Shown piece by piece: positions 39,836-48,111 of a stretch of DNA of 64,000 bases. The notes beneath the pieces were generated by a model that worked only from the letters and a program-made list of their open reading frames with translations, did not search any database and was not told where the DNA came from. Origin of the DNA: an uncultured bacterium. Lineage in GTDB: Bacteria > Verrucomicrobiota > Verrucomicrobiia > Verrucomicrobiales > DEV007. Position 1 is the first letter of the stretch. Each line of letters begins with the position of its first letter. The stretch spans positions 32,001 through 96,000 of the forward strand of contig CAXBMO010000007.1 in NCBI GenBank assembly GCA_963977015.1. The letters are read 5' to 3'. Made by a program: the position numbers and the translations under genes.

Positions 39836-41725
39836 TTACTTGGTGTTTTCCACCTCAGCTTCAAATATACGAAGTGCTTCCTGAATTAAAGGATCATTCT
39901 TAAATTTCTGCTCATCAACCGGAGGTTCAGCTTCAACAATCTCGGGCTCCGTTGGTTCCTCGGGGGCAGGTTCCGGAGTTCGTTCCTTCTTGGGCGAAGA
40001 CTTTGGCTCCTGAATTCTCGGTGAAGCGGCAACGGCTTCGACGGCGGGCTCTTCGATTTCAGGAAGCTCGGGTTCGGGAATCGAGTCTCGAATTTCGCAC
40101 TGCAAAGTCATTTGGCTGCCACCATGCGCTTCGAGCAGTTCTTCGACGAACGTTTTGCTTTTCTCCCGCATCATCGAATCTCTGGCAAACCGGTTCCCCG
40201 GAGAGAAGCCAATGACGAAATTGCGTCCCGATTGCTCCAGAAATTGGACTCCTTTCGTCCACCCGGACATCAGCGGCCGCTGCGCGTCGATGGTTGCGGA
40301 TACCGCTTTCCAGAGGGCTTCACCACTGAGGTCTCCGGTCGGCACCGGGCCGGCCTTTCTTTCAGCCACGGGTTCGGGCTCGGGTTCGGATTCAGCTTTT
40401 GATGGTTTGGGCGGGTCCGGCTCAAAAGGCGGCGCATCCTCCATTGCCTCAGACTCAGCTGGTCCTTCAATTTTGACCTTCCCATTCGGCTTCTCCGTGG
40501 CCGAAGCCGGCGGACTATCGCTTACTGACTCCTTTTTTTTTACGGGGGCTTTTGAAGTTGGCGCAGCTTCCGTCGGCATTTGGGCGGCGCCATCACTGGC
40601 TTGGTGCAGCATTCCAATCACATCACTGATCGTCATCTCTGCCATGATTTGCATGGCCTTGATCACACCAATCTCAAGATGAAGCCGTTTGTTGGGCGCC
40701 CACTTCATCCTCGTTTCCGTCTCGGCAAAATGGTCGATCAAATTGAGCAATCTTTCCGGCACGGCCTGCTTGGTCTGGGCACGGATTCGATCTGCAATCT
40801 CCGGAGCCAGGTCGGCAAATTCGTTCTTCGGATCAACCAGGGAGATGAGAAGATTCCGCAAATAGCCAATCCAATCGGCCAACAACCGCGAAAGATCCTT
40901 CCCCTTTTCACTCTCGGCGTGAATCGATTCCAACGCGATGGCTGACTTCTTCGTGAGAATGGCGTCGGTCAGGTTGGCAATCGTTTCCAGCGAAGTGAAC
41001 CCGAAGATGTCGAGAACGTTCTCCTCCTTGATGTGCTTCCCGCAAAAGGCAACCAACTGGTCGAGCATGGACTGGGCATCGCGCATCCCGCCATCCGCAC
41101 CTTTGGCAATCGCGTAAGCCGCATTTTCATCGAGCTTGATCTTTTCCTTCTTGGCAATCAACAGAAGATGATCGGCAATGATCTGGGTCGGAATTCTTCG
41201 GAGATCGAAGCGCTGACACCGACTGATGATCGTCGGCAAAATTTTGTTGGGTTCCGTCGTCGCAAAGATGAACTTCACATGCGCAGGAGGTTCTTCGAGC
41301 GTCTTCAACAAAGCGTTGAACGCCGCAGTCGAGAGCATGTGAACCTCGTCAATGTAGTAGATCTTAAATTTGCTGCTGGAAGGCGCGAACTTCACGGTTT
41401 CGCGCAATTCGCGAACCTGCTCGACGCCATTGTTGGAGGCTCCGTCAATTTCCAGAACGTCCAGACTGATCCCCTCCGCGATTTCGCGGCAGAGCTCATG
41501 GTCCGGATCAAAATCCACCTTCGGTCCGTCCGGACAATTCAAGGCCTTCGCGAAAATTCGAGCCGTGGACGTTTTTCCCGTTCCCCGTGGACCGACAAAA
41601 AGATAGGCATGCGCCAAGCGGTCCTGCTCGATCGCGTTTCGCAGCGTACGTACGACGTGATCCTGACCCAGGACGTCGTCAAAGGTCTGGGGGCGATATT
41701 TTCGGGCAAAAACCTGATAACTCAC
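39836..41725 (-). CDS. dnaX: DNA polymerase III subunit gamma/tau
   Basis: ARKYRPQTF, GPRGTGKT, EIDGASN, IDEVHML, SRC motif, Pro/Glu-rich linker, C-terminal domain. Confidence 0.97.
   Translation of the reverse strand: MSYQVFARKYRPQTFDDVLGQDHVVRTLRNAIEQDRLAHAYLFVGPRGTGKTSTARIFAKALNCPDGPKVDFDPDHELCREIAEGISLDVLEIDGASNNGVEQVRELRETVKFAPSSSKFKIYYIDEVHMLSTAAFNALLKTLEEPPAHVKFIFATTEPNKILPTIISRCQRFDLRRIPTQIIADHLLLIAKKEKIKLDENAAYAIAKGADGGMRDAQSMLDQLVAFCGKHIKEENVLDIFGFTSLETIANLTDAILTKKSAIALESIHAESEKGKDLSRLLADWIGYLRNLLISLVDPKNEFADLAPEIADRIRAQTKQAVPERLLNLIDHFAETETRMKWAPNKRLHLEIGVIKAMQIMAEMTISDVIGMLHQASDGAAQMPTEAAPTSKAPVKKKESVSDSPPASATEKPNGKVKIEGPAESEAMEDAPPFEPDPPKPSKAESEPEPEPVAERKAGPVPTGDLSGEALWKAVSATIDAQRPLMSGWTKGVQFLEQSGRNFVIGFSPGNRFARDSMMREKSKTFVEELLEAHGGSQMTLQCEIRDSIPEPELPEIEEPAVEAVAASPRIQEPKSSPKKERTPEPAPEEPTEPEIVEAEPPVDEQKFKNDPLIQEALRIFEAEVENTK
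40533..40541 (-). other. Candidate programmed frameshift/slippage site in dnaX (A9 run ending in A-AAA-AAG)
   Basis: Minus strand GTA AAA AAA AAG GAG; the -1 and +1 frames both stop within a few codons. Confidence 0.6.
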
Positions 41726-41907
41726 AATATGGGCACTCTATGGCGGGATGACTGCTTGAAAACCGCTTTTTTTGGCTTTGGCAGGATTCATGCAATTCTT
41801 CGAAACCGTCGCCTACGTGGTGAACGGGGTTGGGTCCGGTCGTCGCGAATTGCGAGAAAAGATAATCAATCGGACTAAATTCCCGTCAAACCCCAAGAAA
41901 ACCGCCC

Positions 41908-43089
41908 ATGACACCTGATCTGAAAGTCCTCGATTCCATCCGGTCACGAGAACACACCATGATTCAGCAGTTGAAGGATTGGGTTTCCATCAATTCAGGT
42001 TCCGAGAACCGGGAAGGCTTGGAGTCGATGCGAAACAAACTGGAATCCGCCATCAAAGAGATTCCGGCGACGACGCTCGAACCGATTCCCCTCCCCAATG
42101 GAACCGCCATTCAGGCGATTTGTCGGCCAGAAGCCCCGAGACGGGTCTTTTTGAGTGGCCACATGGACACCGTCTATCCCCTCGACCATCCGTTTCAGAG
42201 TTGGACGATGATCGAAGAGAATCGACTTCAGGGCCCTGGTTCTGCGGACATGAAAGGTGGCCTTCTCGTGATGATTGAGGCGTTGAAAGGCTTCGAATTG
42301 TCGCCCAATGCCAAGAAGTTGGGCTGGGAGATCCTGATTTCGACGGATGAGGAGATTGGTTCGCCGGGTTCCTCCCCTTTTCTCGAAGAGGCCGCCCGGC
42401 GTTGTGAAATTGGGCTGGTTTTTGAGCCGGCGATCCAGGGAAGTGGCGACCTCTCCCGGCAGCGACTCGGAAGCGCCACGTTTCACGTTACCGCCACGGG
42501 CAAAGCGGCGCACGCCGGCCGCGACTTTGCATCGGGACGCAATGCGATCGCTGGATTGAGCGCAGCCATCACCAGTTTGCACGAACTCAATCAGTTGGAC
42601 GACGTCACCTGTAACATTGGGAGGATCGAAGGCGGCGGCCCGCTCAATGTGGTTCCGGAAGTCGCGAAAGCCTCCTTCAACTTCCGAGCCGCCGATCCTC
42701 AATTGGTCGAAAACGCGCTCCAATCGGTCACGAAGCAGGTTCGAGCCGAATACGATGTCGCCTTGCATTGGGAAGGTGGATTCACCCGCCAACCCAAACT
42801 CGTGACACCTGCGATCGAAGAACTGTTTTCACGCTATCAAGCGTGTGCGGAAGCACTTGGCTTTCAGCTGAACTGGCGAAACACTGGCGGTTGTTGCGAC
42901 GGGAACAACCTCGCCGCAGCCGGATTGCCAAACCTCGACAACCTGGGTGTCAGGGGTGGCAACATCCACAGTTCCGAAGAGTTTGTCGATCTTGATAGCC
43001 TTGTTGAGAGAACGCAGCTAACGGCGCTTTTTCTTACGGATTACGCAGAATCGTCTGCGCTCGATCCGGTCCAACGCCAATCATCGTGA
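41908..43089 (+). CDS. M20 family metallohydrolase (carboxypeptidase G2-like)
   Basis: SINSGS, GHMDTV, GPGSADMKGG, DEEIGS, AAHAG, GGCCDGN, GGNIHSSEE. Confidence 0.9.
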   Translation: MTPDLKVLDSIRSREHTMIQQLKDWVSINSGSENREGLESMRNKLESAIKEIPATTLEPIPLPNGTAIQAICRPEAPRRVFLSGHMDTVYPLDHPFQSWTMIEENRLQGPGSADMKGGLLVMIEALKGFELSPNAKKLGWEILISTDEEIGSPGSSPFLEEAARRCEIGLVFEPAIQGSGDLSRQRLGSATFHVTATGKAAHAGRDFASGRNAIAGLSAAITSLHELNQLDDVTCNIGRIEGGGPLNVVPEVAKASFNFRAADPQLVENALQSVTKQVRAEYDVALHWEGGFTRQPKLVTPAIEELFSRYQACAEALGFQLNWRNTGGCCDGNNLAAAGLPNLDNLGVRGGNIHSSEEFVDLDSLVERTQLTALFLTDYAESSALDPVQRQSS

Positions 43090-44311
43090 CGGGAACGCCC
43101 AGAATTTCTTCCAACTTCTTGATAAAGTTTTGGGCACCTTCAGGAAGCGAATCCCAATCTCGAGCCTTTGAGATATCGGTCTTCCAGCCCGGCATTTCCG
43201 CGTAGACCGGCTTTCCTTTTGCGAAAACATCCAAACTCGCGGGAGGAAGTTCCACGTTTTCCCCGTCAATTTCGTAATGGGTGCAAATCCGGACGGAATC
43301 CATCTGGTCCAAACCATCAAGGTTGGTGACGGCCAATTCATCAATGCCATTGACGATGACCGATTGGCGCAACAGGACGGCGTCCAACCAACCGCAGCGC
43401 CGTTCGCGCCCGGTCGTTGCGCCGAATTCGCGCCCCATTCCATGGAGGTAGTCGCCAAACTCGTCGTCTTCGGTTGGAAATGGTCCAGAACCAACCCGTG
43501 TGGTGTAGGCCTTGCAGACTCCAACCACCTGATCAATGCGGTTTGGCGGAAACCCTGCGCCCGTGCAAGCGCCGCCTGATGTCGTGTTCGAAGACGTGAC
43601 GAAGGGATACGTTCCGTGATCGATGTCCAGGTAAGTCCCCTGCGCTCCTTCAAATAACAGGTTGGAGCCGCTCTTCATGGCTTCATCCAAATAAGCCATC
43701 GTGTTTTTCATAAACGGACGAAGACGCTCAATCGCGGCAAGCACTTCGGCTCCAATCTTCTCCAAATCCATTTCTTCGAGTCCCGCAGCTTCCAGAAGCT
43801 CGTTGCAATCCTCCATTCTCGACCGAAACCGCGTCGCAAAACTCTCGATATCCGTCGTATCGATCATTCTGAGGCCGACCCGATTCGCTTTATCGGCGTA
43901 GGTTGGGCCAATACCGCGTTTGGTCGTCCCAATCTTGGCATCACCAAGGTCCGCCTCTCTTAAGCCATCGATTTCCCGATGATAAGGAAGCGTCAGATGC
44001 GCCCGGTCGCTAATCATCAGCCGATCAGGAGTGATTGTGATGCCCTGTTGCTCAAGGGTATCGATTTCTCCAAGCAAGCCGACGGGGTCCATGGCGACTC
44101 CATTGCCGATCACGCAGGTTTTGCCTTCCCAAAGGATTCCGGAGGGAATGAGATGAAGAATGTATTTCTTGCCATCATTGATGACGGTGTGACCAGCGTT
44201 ACTTCCGCCTTGCGCACGTATCACGACGTCCGCACTCTCGGTGAGGTAATCTACAATTTTTCCTTTTCCCTCGTCTCCCCACTGGGCTCCCACGATAATA
44301 ACATTCGACAT
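43034..44311 (-). CDS. purA: Adenylosuccinate synthetase
   Basis: GAQWGDEGKGKIVD, QGGSNAGHT, GTTKRGIGP, EGAQG, GATTGRERRCGWLD. Confidence 0.98.
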   Translation of the reverse strand: MSNVIIVGAQWGDEGKGKIVDYLTESADVVIRAQGGSNAGHTVINDGKKYILHLIPSGILWEGKTCVIGNGVAMDPVGLLGEIDTLEQQGITITPDRLMISDRAHLTLPYHREIDGLREADLGDAKIGTTKRGIGPTYADKANRVGLRMIDTTDIESFATRFRSRMEDCNELLEAAGLEEMDLEKIGAEVLAAIERLRPFMKNTMAYLDEAMKSGSNLLFEGAQGTYLDIDHGTYPFVTSSNTTSGGACTGAGFPPNRIDQVVGVCKAYTTRVGSGPFPTEDDEFGDYLHGMGREFGATTGRERRCGWLDAVLLRQSVIVNGIDELAVTNLDGLDQMDSVRICTHYEIDGENVELPPASLDVFAKGKPVYAEMPGWKTDISKARDWDSLPEGAQNFIKKLEEILGVPVTMIGVGPDRAQTILRNP

Positions 44312-44439
44312 AGTTAGAGAATTGAATTTTGAGCGGAGGAAACGGCGCGACCCAGGATCGCAATCCTGTCAGTCCCCGAAAACCTCGCGGGCGGCATCCT
44401 GCACCCGATAGCGATTGAATCAACCGGAGATATGGAACC

Positions 44440-44964
44440 TTACTTCAGAAAAACGAAGGTTGCTGCCACGACTCCGACAGCACAGACGATTGCAACAAAT
44501 CCAAACGCCTTCACCGCACTGCCGACAGCATCCTTTTTCTTAATGTTCTTCGGAAATGGTGAGATGCTGTGGAAATTGGCCGGACGTCCCGTCGAATCCA
44601 AGGGCGTTGAAGCAAAACTTCCGACGGCGTCGCCCGCACTAACAGGAGCTTCCACCGCCGCATATCCCATGGCTTCGGGTTGCTCAAATCGAGCGGAAAT
44701 CTGTCCGAACAGAATCTCAGAGCCGTGTTCAAGCAAGGCTTCGTGAATCTGCTGGCCGTTCACAAACGTGCCGTTGGTCGATTGGTTGTCTGAGATGGTG
44801 TAGGTCCCATCGGCATTCTGAACCAGCTGGGAATGCACCCCTGACAGAGAGCCGTGATCGATAATAATGTGATTGCCCTCGCTGCGCCCAACGGTGATTT
44901 GAGGTTCATCAAATTCGTAGACGGCTTCTTCGGCATCGGGGACTTGGACAGTAAGCTTTGCCAT
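44440..44964 (-). CDS. FHA domain protein with C-terminal membrane anchor
   Basis: VGRSEGN..SLSGVH..STNGTFVNG; hydrophobic C-terminal helix. Confidence 0.88.
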   Translation of the reverse strand: MAKLTVQVPDAEEAVYEFDEPQITVGRSEGNHIIIDHGSLSGVHSQLVQNADGTYTISDNQSTNGTFVNGQQIHEALLEHGSEILFGQISARFEQPEAMGYAAVEAPVSAGDAVGSFASTPLDSTGRPANFHSISPFPKNIKKKDAVGSAVKAFGFVAIVCAVGVVAATFVFLK

Positions 44965-45089
44965 ATTGGCTGGAGTGTAGGGAGCGACTCGCCGAAGGGC
45001 AAGTCTCGAATCAACGACAATTTAGACTTTGGATTTCGAGTTTTGGATCTTCATTCACGGTAATTCCGGAATTTTTAATCAAATCCAAC

Positions 45090-45551
45090 ATGACTCATCG
45101 CTTTGTTCATTCCCGCCGGGTCGAATTTGCCGACACCGACCTTGCCGGGATCATGCATTTTTCGAACTTCTTCCGGTTCATGGAAGTGAGCGAACACGCT
45201 TTCTATCGGTCGCTGGGCTTCAGCGTTCATGATTTCCGTCCCCAACCTGACGGGCCGGCCATTGGATGGCCGCGAGTTCATGCTTCTGCGGATTTTCGTC
45301 TGCCCATTCGGTTCGAAGACGAAATCGACGTCGAATTGTTGATCGAACGCATTGGCAACAAGTCCATCAGCTACGTGTTTCGCTTCTGGACACCCAACAA
45401 GAAAGTTGCGGCAACCGGAAAATTCACGGTTGCCTGCGTTCAATTTGGTGAGAGCGGTGAACCAATGAAAGCGGTGCCGATTCCCGAGGAGGTCCGCGCA
45501 AAAATCAGCGAAGCGCCACCGGAGTTGATCGAGTTGAGCGCAAAATCCTAA
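45090..45551 (+). CDS. Acyl-CoA thioesterase (4HBT/YbgC family)
   Basis: RVEFADTDLAGIMHFSNFFRFME; ATG 45090. Confidence 0.9.
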   Translation: MTHRFVHSRRVEFADTDLAGIMHFSNFFRFMEVSEHAFYRSLGFSVHDFRPQPDGPAIGWPRVHASADFRLPIRFEDEIDVELLIERIGNKSISYVFRFWTPNKKVAATGKFTVACVQFGESGEPMKAVPIPEEVRAKISEAPPELIELSAKS

Positions 45552-45611
45552 GAAATTCCGCAAGCGAAAACCACATTTTCGTCTTTGTCTGGTTATCCAC
45601 CCGATTATTCC

Positions 45612-46067
45612 ATGAGCACTCCTGCCAAAACCTCCAAAAGCGCTAATCGTCTTTGCCTCCTCATTCCCTTACTCGCCATTGGAGTGATTGCCCCGACCGC
45701 CTGCTACTACGAAGACTACGGCTATCCCGCTTCGGGTCAGGGACATGTCTACAAAGCAGCCCCCTATGGGAGTTACTCATCGCGAAGTCAGCCCTACCCG
45801 CCCCGAACCCAGCCGTATCCCTATCAGCGTTCGAGCCCCTATGGATACAATTACAACAGCCGATACGACTATGGAGGTGGTTCCCGTCACAGCTCTCATG
45901 AGTATCATGAACAGCGGTCGCAAGCCTATCAGCAGGCGGCAAAACGCCAGGAACAGGCCGTTGAAAGCCGACGCGAGAGCAGCAAGGAGGGGTGGCAGTA
46001 CGAAGACCGCAATGAAAGACGCCCACGCGGGAACGAAGAGCCGTTTGAAGAGAGGAAGAAACGTTAA
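45612..46067 (+). CDS. Hypothetical low-complexity lipoprotein-like protein
   Basis: Hydrophobic signal ending APTAC, then a Tyr/Pro/Ser/Gln-rich segment and a Glu/Arg-rich tail. Confidence 0.6.
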   Translation: MSTPAKTSKSANRLCLLIPLLAIGVIAPTACYYEDYGYPASGQGHVYKAAPYGSYSSRSQPYPPRTQPYPYQRSSPYGYNYNSRYDYGGGSRHSSHEYHEQRSQAYQQAAKRQEQAVESRRESSKEGWQYEDRNERRPRGNEEPFEERKKR

Positions 46068-46084
46068 GTCAGCGGTTTCTCATC

Positions 46085-46651
46085 TTGAGCGGCATCACGG
46101 CATTTGAGCGTTGGTTGGCCCCCGGGCTGCTGATCAGCGTTGCCCTGGTGCAAATCACGCTTTCCCACACCAAAGACCTCACCCCATGGAAGGGCGGAGG
46201 TTTTGGCATGTTCGCCTCGACAGACTCTCTTTCGATGAGAGTCGTTAGCTGCGAGGCGGAAACCCTCGCTGGAGAAACCATTCTGGTGGACGCCTTGGAC
46301 GCGGTGGGAAGTGATCGGCGTGACATGATGCGCTCAATGCCGGGCGAACGTTCCCTGATTTGGCTGGGGCATCGGCTTCTGGACTTGGAGTTGGTCCCTG
46401 AAACCGCCCGCCGAATGGCAGCGGAAGAACGCCTCAAGAGCGAGAATCCCGATCTGGATTGGAAACTGGCTTTTGGCAATTCGAAGACAACCAGCTTCTA
46501 TCGCCCGGTAAGGGTAAGCGATCCGGAGGACGTCGATCCTGTTTCTCTCCGGCGGGTAACGCTTCGATGGTGGCGGGTGGCGTTTGACGGAGACGCGGGA
46601 AAACTCTGGACCGAGCCAATCGGCGAAGCAATTACGGTTGAGCTACGATGA
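46085..46651 (+). CDS. Hypothetical membrane-anchored protein (partner of the HTTM-like gene)
   Basis: N-terminal TM followed by LTPWKGGGFGMFAS; ATGA-coupled to the next gene. Confidence 0.7.
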   Translation: MSGITAFERWLAPGLLISVALVQITLSHTKDLTPWKGGGFGMFASTDSLSMRVVSCEAETLAGETILVDALDAVGSDRRDMMRSMPGERSLIWLGHRLLDLELVPETARRMAAEERLKSENPDLDWKLAFGNSKTTSFYRPVRVSDPEDVDPVSLRRVTLRWWRVAFDGDAGKLWTEPIGEAITVELR

Positions 46652-47520
46652 TGAATCCGATTGCGGCGTTCAGAGGCATGTTTGCGGATCTTCTCCGGCT
46701 TCCAACCGAAGAACTCGTGTTGCGGCTCACCCTTCTCACGCTGCTGTTACACGGTTCCAGCGAAACCTGGTTGGACGTGGCCCTTCAGGTTCTTTGCGGA
46801 ATGATGCTGGTCAGCCGCAATCACTTCGCCTCGCCCGGCTTGTGGATTGCCGTCTCCTCCTTCATCTGGATCATCAACGCAACGGACTGGCTCTGGATCG
46901 ATAACCACAAGTTCCTGATGAGTTATTGGGTTCTGGCCTGCACCGTGGCGGTTCTCAGCAAGGCCCCGATGCAAGTGTTGCGGTGGAACGGAAAAGTCCT
47001 GGTCGGCCTTTGTTTTGGGTTTGCGACGCTCTGGAAATTGTTGGCCGGCCAATACTGGAACGGCGACTTCATGGTCTATACCCTCTTGGTGGACGGCCGA
47101 ATGGAGTTCATCGCCAACTCGCTCGCGGGAATTCCCAAGGCAGATTTGGCGCAATCCCGACTTTTGGAAGATACGATTGGACTGCTCCCGAACGAACAAC
47201 TGCAAACCAGCCTGCCGATTACGGAACGATTGCGTTTTGTTGCCCTGGGAATGTCGTGGTGGACCCTGTTGATCGAGGCTGCAACGGCCGTTCTCTTCCT
47301 GGTGAAAAGCCCGATTTCAAACCGTTGGCGGGATTTGGTATTGTTGGCGTTTGTTGCCTCCACTTATGTTTTCGTGCCCGTCCTCGGCTTTGGTTATATT
47401 CTAACCATCATGGGTCTCGCGTCCTGCCCTCCGGAACGAACGATGATCCGCACGGTTTATCTTGCGGTTTTGGTGATCCTTCAACTGGGCCGTTTGCCTT
47501 GGGAACGGCTACTGAGCTGA
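46648..47520 (+). CDS. HTTM/SdpB-like polytopic membrane protein
   Basis: Many TMs; DNHKFL, FGFATLWKL..YWNG, WWTLLIE motifs. Confidence 0.65.
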   Translation: MMNPIAAFRGMFADLLRLPTEELVLRLTLLTLLLHGSSETWLDVALQVLCGMMLVSRNHFASPGLWIAVSSFIWIINATDWLWIDNHKFLMSYWVLACTVAVLSKAPMQVLRWNGKVLVGLCFGFATLWKLLAGQYWNGDFMVYTLLVDGRMEFIANSLAGIPKADLAQSRLLEDTIGLLPNEQLQTSLPITERLRFVALGMSWWTLLIEAATAVLFLVKSPISNRWRDLVLLAFVASTYVFVPVLGFGYILTIMGLASCPPERTMIRTVYLAVLVILQLGRLPWERLLS

Positions 47521-48111
47521 CCCCAATCTCCTTTGAATCGCCGTCATGATCAGAGGCAGCTTTTTGAGTTGAGACCTGATGATCAATCTTTGAGGGATGT
47601 ATTTCCCAGCATCGAGATGCAGCCGGTAAGTCAGAAGCGTCTGACTTTCCCCTCCACTCCCCTTGATGACTTCAAAGAGCCACGCGCCTTCGATGTGCTC
47701 AAAGTCTCCACTCACGCGGTGGAATTCCACCCGACTTGGATAGATCCCAACGTGTTTCACCACATAGAAGGCATTCTTGGTAACATTCAGCCCTTTGACT
47801 TCCTGTGAAATGAGAGTGGTCATCCCTTCGCGTGAAAGTACCTCGGCTTTCACAACGCTCTCGATGACTTCCGGAATCGCCTCTTTATCATCGATCAAAT
47901 CCCAGACCTCTTGCAACGAATGCTCCAGCAGTATCACTGAAACGATGAATCGCTTTTCATTGCCCGGCTCCTTCTCTTCCCAGACCAGGATTTCACCGTC
48001 TTGCAATCGCGCCCGATCATCTTCACTAAACGCATTGAACTTCTGCGCTTGGGCTGTCGAATAAAATCCGAAGACCAAACAAACGATCAATAGCAGTGAT
48101 AGCCGCATCAT
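47509..48111 (-). CDS. SRPBCC/START (polyketide cyclase-like) family exported protein
   Basis: Signal peptide; EVWDLIDD.E..PE, SGDFEHIEGAW, TLLTY, C-terminal helix. Confidence 0.75.
   Translation of the reverse strand: MMRLSLLLIVCLVFGFYSTAQAQKFNAFSEDDRARLQDGEILVWEEKEPGNEKRFIVSVILLEHSLQEVWDLIDDKEAIPEVIESVVKAEVLSREGMTTLISQEVKGLNVTKNAFYVVKHVGIYPSRVEFHRVSGDFEHIEGAWLFEVIKGSGGESQTLLTYRLHLDAGKYIPQRLIIRSQLKKLPLIMTAIQRRLGSAQ

Noticed and set aside
41726-41907. SRP RNA (ffs) or tRNA upstream of dnaX, a common arrangement
   Set aside because: No SRP domain IV motif and no cloverleaf or T-loop seen on either strand.
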